In this document: piece after piece, positions 56,116-61,128 of the stretch
How positions within the stretch are numbered: the first letter of the stretch is position 1
How the letters are laid out: every line of letters starts with the position of its first letter
Origin: Myxococcales bacterium
GTDB taxonomy: Bacteria > Myxococcota_A > Polyangia > Polyangiales > SLQV01
Reading direction: 5' to 3'
DNA length: 61,128 bases
Assembly: GCA_007131285.1 (NCBI GenBank)
Contig: SLQV01000017.1
Coordinates: 1-61,128 of the forward strand
Made by a program: the position numbers and the translations under genes
Notes under the pieces: generated by a model
The model's database searches: none
Told to the model about the DNA's origin: nothing
The model's input: the letters and a program-made list of their open reading frames with translations, nothing else

Positions 56116-58095
56116 ATGCCAGCCCTCCTCGTTATGGCTTTCGTTCACGCCAATCTTCCCGCGCAAGAGCTGCCGCATCTACTGCAACGGCGTCGACGCC
56201 TCGGCGTTTGGCAGCGCGAAGCCGGCGGTTGGGAGGCGCGGGTGTGGGCGCCCGAGGCGGAGCGCGTTGCGCTGGTTGCAGACCCACTGCAAGCGGCCTC
56301 TAGCCATCCGCTCGCGGCGGAAGAGGACGGCTATTTTTGGGCGAGCGACCTGCCGTTAGCGGACGGAACGCTCTACGGCTTCTCGCTCAATGGCGGGCCC
56401 TGGCGCCCGGATCCCGCCTCGCGCCGTCAGCCGCAGGGTGTTTTCGGGCCTTCTGCGGCCCAGAGCACCGGCCATGACTGGCGCGACAGCACCTACGCTG
56501 GGCCGAGTCCCGCGAGCGCTGTCCTTTATGAACTCCATATCGGCACCTTCACCTCCGAGGGCACCCTCGACGCCGCCTGCTGCCGTCTGCCCTATCTCGC
56601 GGAACTGGGCGTCACCGTCATTGGGCTGCTACCGGTGGGCGCGTTTCCGGGCGCGCGCAACTGGGGCTATGACGGCGTCTTCACCTTCGCTGTCCAGGAA
56701 TGCTACGGGGGGCTCCACGCGCTCCAACGTTTTGTCGACGCCGCGCACCGCCTCCGCATCGCGGTCTTGCTCGACCTTGTGTTCAACCACGTGGGTCCGG
56801 AAGGCAATGTCCTTGGGGAATACGGCCCTTACTTCAATGCAAGCTACGTCACGCCTTGGGGCCCTGCGGTCAACGTCGACGGCCCCGCAAGCGATGGGGT
56901 CCGCCACTACTTCATCGAGAATGCCCTTTATTTCGTGGAAGAAGCGCGGGTCGACGGGTTCCGCTTTGATGCCGTTCCCGAAGTCCACGACCGTAGCGCC
57001 TACCCCTTCTGGTCGGAGGTAACGGAAACGTTGCGCACGCGAGCGGCGCAACTCGACCGCAGGCTGCTGCTCATCGCCGAGAGCGACCGGAACGATACGC
57101 GTTACACGCAGCCGGTACATCAGGGCGGCTTGGGCTTTGACGCCGTGTGGTCTGACGACTTTCATCACGCCGCCCACCGCCTTCTCACCGGTGAGACGTC
57201 TGGCTTTTTTGCGGACTACGACCCGCCGCTTACCCACATTGGCCGCGCCGTTGCGGCCGGCCTATCCATCGCTGGCAGCGTCTCGCCCTACCGGCAGCGG
57301 CGGCAGGGTCGGCCGGTGGCATCATCAACAGGACATGATCAGGAAGCAGGGGCTCTGAGGGCCGGACTTGCCTCATATCAGGGCGTTCTGTGCCTCCAAA
57401 ATCACGACCAAACCGGCAACCGCTGCTACGGCGAACGGCTGCACACCCTCTGCGACGAGCAAGCACATTACGCACTCACGGCGTTGCTCTACCTCACCAA
57501 ACAGATACCGATGCTTTTCATGGGCGAGGAGTTCGACGCCCGCTCCCCCTTCCTCTATTTCACGGACCACAGCGGCGCCGAGCTCGCGCAAGCGGTACGC
57601 GAAGGCCGCGCCCGGGAGTTCGCTGGCTTCGCCTGGAAAGGGACAAGCCCCGACCCGCAGGCCGAGCAAAGCTTCCTTGAAAGCAAGCTGTCGTGGGACG
57701 ACCTAAAGCTCGCCCGCGGGTCTGGCAAGCTCTTCTTCGTCCGTGCGCTACTCGACCTGCGCCGCAGGGCACCCAAGCTCACTCGTGCGTATGTTTGCGA
57801 GGAGAGCGCGCGCTTAGTCGCTGTCAGTGACCCAAGGGAGGGGCCTGCGCCCTACCAAATCATCGCCTATGTCAACCTCGGCAATGCGCCCCAGTCCCTC
57901 GCCGAAGGCCCCTGGCTCGACGCGGGCACCAGCCCAAGCGACTTCGCACCCATCTTGACCACCTGGCAGCGGCCCTACGCCGATCAGGTAGCCGCCGACT
58001 TTGTCGGTGCGGACTTGACACGCGCATTGCCGGCGGGAGGGGCCGCCATCTTCGAGCGAATCGTTCCAGGAAAGCCAAGCTACGCTCTGCGTTGA
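56116..58095 (+). CDS. treZ: Malto-oligosyltrehalose trehalohydrolase TreZ (GH13)
   Basis: YELHIGTFT, NWGYDGV, LLDLVFNHVGPEGN, DGFRFDAV, IAESDRND, LQNHDQTGNR. Confidence 0.9.
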   Translation: MPALLVMAFVHANLPAQELPHLLQRRRRLGVWQREAGGWEARVWAPEAERVALVADPLQAASSHPLAAEEDGYFWASDLPLADGTLYGFSLNGGPWRPDPASRRQPQGVFGPSAAQSTGHDWRDSTYAGPSPASAVLYELHIGTFTSEGTLDAACCRLPYLAELGVTVIGLLPVGAFPGARNWGYDGVFTFAVQECYGGLHALQRFVDAAHRLRIAVLLDLVFNHVGPEGNVLGEYGPYFNASYVTPWGPAVNVDGPASDGVRHYFIENALYFVEEARVDGFRFDAVPEVHDRSAYPFWSEVTETLRTRAAQLDRRLLLIAESDRNDTRYTQPVHQGGLGFDAVWSDDFHHAAHRLLTGETSGFFADYDPPLTHIGRAVAAGLSIAGSVSPYRQRRQGRPVASSTGHDQEAGALRAGLASYQGVLCLQNHDQTGNRCYGERLHTLCDEQAHYALTALLYLTKQIPMLFMGEEFDARSPFLYFTDHSGAELAQAVREGRAREFAGFAWKGTSPDPQAEQSFLESKLSWDDLKLARGSGKLFFVRALLDLRRRAPKLTRAYVCEESARLVAVSDPREGPAPYQIIAYVNLGNAPQSLAEGPWLDAGTSPSDFAPILTTWQRPYADQVAADFVGADLTRALPAGGAAIFERIVPGKPSYALR

Positions 58096-58203
58096 GTTGC
58101 GGGTTGCTCCATTCAGCGTTTTGCAGACGCCGACGCCACAGTCCGGCGGGCGACGCACGGGTTTAAACTTGAGACTGGGGCGACGGTATGCAACACCCTG
58201 CGG

Positions 58204-59340
58204 ATGCAGGTTGGACTTTCGGGTGCGGGTTGTTCTGGCCAGGGCCACAATCGAGGCTGGGGAGAAACGCGTGAGCCACGGCCTGCCCCCGACTGGGAAG
58301 TGCCGCGCACGCGCAGCCGGCTGCGCACCTGCTTCTCTTACGGAGGCGTTCAGGGTTGTGCGCTCCTGCTAGCGGTTGCGACTCTCGCGCACGCTGGCTG
58401 CACAGGCAGCGAACCAGCGGCTCCATGCGAACCAGGCGATCTATCCTGTGAGGAGAGCACCGCTGAGGAAACCGAGACAACTTCCGGAGAAAAGGCGACA
58501 TGCGGTCCGTGTGCAAACCCGAATCGTCCCTTCTGCGAGGCTGAGAGCGGCGCATGCGTGGCCTGCTTGAGTCATCTAGACTGCCAGCGCGCCGAGCGCG
58601 CTAAGTGCAATCCTGACACCTTCACTTGCAACGGATGCACGAGCAACAGCCACTGCGAGAACATTGCAGGCAAGCCGGTGTGTGACCTCAGCGACGGCGT
58701 ATGCGTCGCATGCACTGCCACGCAGCAGGAGAGCTGCGGTAGCCGCATTTGTGACCCCAATACACGCGCCTGTGGAGAGCTGCGTCGAGGCAGCGTCAGA
58801 GCCTGTGAGCCCTGCGTCGCCTCAGCCCAGTGTCAGGAAGGGCAATCCTGCGTGACAATGCAGTGGAACCCCCAAGGAGCGCCCGGTGACGACGGCGATA
58901 TCCTAGGCACATTCTGCCTGTGGAATGTCAGCGCGACGCGCACGGAAGAACGACCGTTGGGTGATTGCCGTTTGAAAGCGCCTTATATCTTTCAGCGCTC
59001 GCGCAATCTCGCCAACTACTTCAACAGCACTGATGTCTTCACCGTCGAAGGCACCACCGTGAGCGTCTGCGCACCGGATTACCGAACAACCTGCGAGGCC
59101 CTAGTGGGACCTCAACGCTTTGATGATTGTGCACCCACTGGGACGCCGGACCATACCCTCTGCGGCGTGGATGGAGTTCTAGACGCGTATTGTACCCCCT
59201 ACACGCAAGGCTCCTTCGCCTGCACCACCCCATGCAATGGCGACGCGGCCACGTGCCTCGGCCGCGCCGCGTGCCGAGAGCAGGTAATCACACTACCAGA
59301 CGCAGCAACGTCTTCGCTGATTCCCGTTTGCGACTTCTAG
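58204..59340 (+). CDS. Cysteine-rich secreted lipoprotein (chained CxxC modules)
   Basis: Lipobox LAHAGC. Four to five consecutive modules of the form C-x2-C-x4-6-C-x5-9-C-x5-8-C-x2-C (for example CVACLSHLDCQRAERAKCNPDTFTCNGC), then a Cys-containing C-terminal domain. Start uncertain (in-frame GTG at 58300). Confidence 0.7.
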   Translation: MQVGLSGAGCSGQGHNRGWGETREPRPAPDWEVPRTRSRLRTCFSYGGVQGCALLLAVATLAHAGCTGSEPAAPCEPGDLSCEESTAEETETTSGEKATCGPCANPNRPFCEAESGACVACLSHLDCQRAERAKCNPDTFTCNGCTSNSHCENIAGKPVCDLSDGVCVACTATQQESCGSRICDPNTRACGELRRGSVRACEPCVASAQCQEGQSCVTMQWNPQGAPGDDGDILGTFCLWNVSATRTEERPLGDCRLKAPYIFQRSRNLANYFNSTDVFTVEGTTVSVCAPDYRTTCEALVGPQRFDDCAPTGTPDHTLCGVDGVLDAYCTPYTQGSFACTTPCNGDAATCLGRAACREQVITLPDAATSSLIPVCDF

Positions 59341-59949
59341 GGCACCCGCTGAGGGTTCAATGCTTTCGGGGGATCGCCGCAACCGGCGCCCCAGCGCAGG
59401 CGCTGGCCGGCGTGTATCGAAGGCAATACGTCAGAATGAGAACGCTTTGAATGCGACGCCACGCTTCCAATCGGAGCGAAAGAGCTCACTTTCTGGCGGC
59501 GTATTGCCTCACACGACCCGCTCCTTCTAACCGTGGCAGCGGCATCAATTGTTCACGCTGGATGAGCTTTGACCGCGAAGCGGAGGTCATCGCGCGTAAG
59601 CCACGCAAAAACCGAGGGTCCGATTCAACACCTTGACGACAGCGTACACGCGCTCCCCGCCCCAGAGGAACAGGTCGGCGTTGACATTTGCAAGCCGCTC
59701 CATCCTCTATCGGCCAACCCAATAGCCGTTGATGGACCGCCAATCGGTCCCTTGCGATCTGTGCCAGGGTGAACAGAACCCCATCATTCACAAGCAGCTG
59801 CTATTTTTATTGGACTCAGTCAACTCAAGTGATTTTCATGAGTTGAATACTATCGGCGTACTTCTTGCTTACGCCAAACGATTTGACGACGCAGACGCGA
59901 CCTGCCACGAATCTTTCGGGGGCGTGCAGGATAGTCACCTAAGCAAGGA

Positions 59950-60822
59950 ATGCAAATGAATTTAAGCTCACCGCCTGGTATGTGCGCCCAGACGATGCAT
60001 GCACCGTCGACCTGGCTGTTGGTTGGCTTAAGCATGCTGCTCACCCTAGCCACAGGGGCGTGTGCGGAGACCTGCCCCGAGGGATTTGTCGAGCAGGCGG
60101 GAACCAACGGTTGTTTGCCATTGCCTGCCAATAGGTCGGATACCGATGCCACCGATGGGAAAGAGGCGATTGGCCCTGACCGTGCACCACCCCCTCCGGG
60201 CATTGTCCCGACGGAGGAAGAGCCCGTTGTCAGCGATTCCTGTGATTCAGACCCTGCCAGGCCTGTTTTCTCCGAGACCTTGCGGCGCTGCGTGGGCTGC
60301 GTGAACCACAGTGATTGCGGCGTTGACGCCAATAGACCCGTCTGCGACGCCCGCACACGTCGCTGCATCGGCTGCCGCCACGACACCGATTGCAGCGCCA
60401 CGCCCGATATGCCCTTTTGCGACACACGCTCGGGCGTCCCCAGCTCCGGTCGGTGCCTCAGCTGCGTCCCCAACCGCCCCGACACCTGCGGCGGCAATGT
60501 CTGCAACGCCCGGACCCTCACCTGCACCAGCTGCAAGCCCTACGCCTCCATGACCCCCCCTCTGCGCTCCGGATGTCGCGCCTGTGTGGCCAACGTCCAA
60601 TGCGAGCCGGATGAGGCATGTGTACAAGGCATTGATGATGCCGAAGGATCACACGGCACTTGTTTGGTTTTGGCGAACGCGAGTCTTACGAACGAAGGCT
60701 GCTCGGTTAGTCGGGAGGCTTTTTCAGCCAGGCTCTTCGAAACGCGGCAGCCTGTGCGCGCCTGCCAATCCATCCGCCCTCAGTCCTTCTGCGGTGAATT
60801 TGAGGGTTGCGCGAGCGAGTAG
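59950..60822 (+). CDS. Cysteine-rich secreted lipoprotein, paralog of 58204..59340
   Basis: Lipobox LATGAC. The same chained modules (CVGCVNHSDCGVDANRPVCDARTRRCIGCRHDTDCSATPDMPFCD..) and a matching C-terminal block (CRACVANVQCEPDEACV versus CEPCVASAQCQEGQSCV). AAGGA lies 7 nt upstream of the ATG. Confidence 0.75.
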   Translation: MQMNLSSPPGMCAQTMHAPSTWLLVGLSMLLTLATGACAETCPEGFVEQAGTNGCLPLPANRSDTDATDGKEAIGPDRAPPPPGIVPTEEEPVVSDSCDSDPARPVFSETLRRCVGCVNHSDCGVDANRPVCDARTRRCIGCRHDTDCSATPDMPFCDTRSGVPSSGRCLSCVPNRPDTCGGNVCNARTLTCTSCKPYASMTPPLRSGCRACVANVQCEPDEACVQGIDDAEGSHGTCLVLANASLTNEGCSVSREAFSARLFETRQPVRACQSIRPQSFCGEFEGCASE

Positions 60823-61069
60823 CGTACGTCTCAGTTAGTCCCGAAGATACACTCCTTTAATAATCGCGCGTAGTTTCGAGCGCAGCGGTAGTCCGTGACG
60901 TCGACCCGCACGGACGCGCTACACTCCTTAATACGCATCAGCTTAAGGTTGAGCCGCTACAGCCCCGGGTTCGCTGCTGTGTTCGCCGCGCGCCTTCAAT
61001 CGCTCACGCATGCAGGCTGGGGTCCCTGCGAGCGCGTGGCTGCGGGGCCCGCGGAGGGTCTCGGGGGGA

Positions 61070-61112
61070 CCCACAATTGGGTACGGAGCTGCGCGCAGTG
61101 CCCAATTGTGGG
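61070..61112. repeat. Perfect 12-bp inverted repeat (CCCACAATTGGG / CCCAATTGTGGG) with 19-nt spacer
   Basis: The arms at 61070..61081 and 61101..61112 are exact reverse complements. They are flanked by G-runs and by direct GGAGGGT copies (61053..61059 and 61121..61127). The window end truncates the context. Confidence 0.6.
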
Positions 61113-61128
61113 GGGCTCCGGAGGGTGC

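Noticed and set aside
59486-59791. 101-aa minus-strand ORF and two ~60-76-aa plus-strand ORFs in the spacer between the Cys-rich paralogs
   Set aside because: They have no RBS or motif, they overlap one another, and their composition is atypical of the window's genes. I treat the region as non-coding spacer or promoter.
1-61128. A search for CRISPR arrays, rRNA genes, integrases/transposases, toxin-antitoxin pairs and known defence-system signatures
   Set aside because: I saw no regularly spaced direct repeats, no rRNA-like segments and no recombinase or nuclease-helicase motif sets in any listed ORF. The only tandem repeat is the 18-nt coding repeat at 51988..52029.

Overview
A high-GC (about 62-65%) bacterial chromosomal window. 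The gene content points to a Myxococcota/Bradymonadota-like deltaproteobacterial lineage: four Hanks-type Ser/Thr kinases, PEGA and AgmX/PglI-like domains, and many lipoproteins with LxxC lipoboxes. This lineage call is an inference. Most of the window is core metabolism: purL-purQ, ttcA, rsmA, gshA (GCS2 type), rplC, rlmE, glnD, apbE, convergent panB/panC, and a glycogen-to-trehalose cluster (glgX/treX-treY, malQ, treZ). There are two tRNAs, Phe-GAA and Arg-UCU. I found no rRNA, CRISPR array, integrase or transposase. The more unusual parts are: (1) a translationally coupled trio of class-III aminotransferase, LuxE-like acyl-protein synthetase and LuxC-like acyl reductase, which suggests a carboxylate -> aldehyde -> amine route; (2) an envelope-to-kinase operon made of an OM beta-barrel protein, a FecR-repeat lipoprotein and a Ser/Thr kinase; (3) an rplC gene detached from any S10 operon and lying next to rlmE; (4) two paralogous cysteine-rich lipoproteins built from chained CxxC modules; (5) two well-signalled small ORFs below the ORF-track cutoff; (6) several long hairpins and repeats. 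All functional calls come from motif recognition in the supplied translations. No database search was possible, and many start codons are uncertain because high GC produces long spurious N-terminal extensions.
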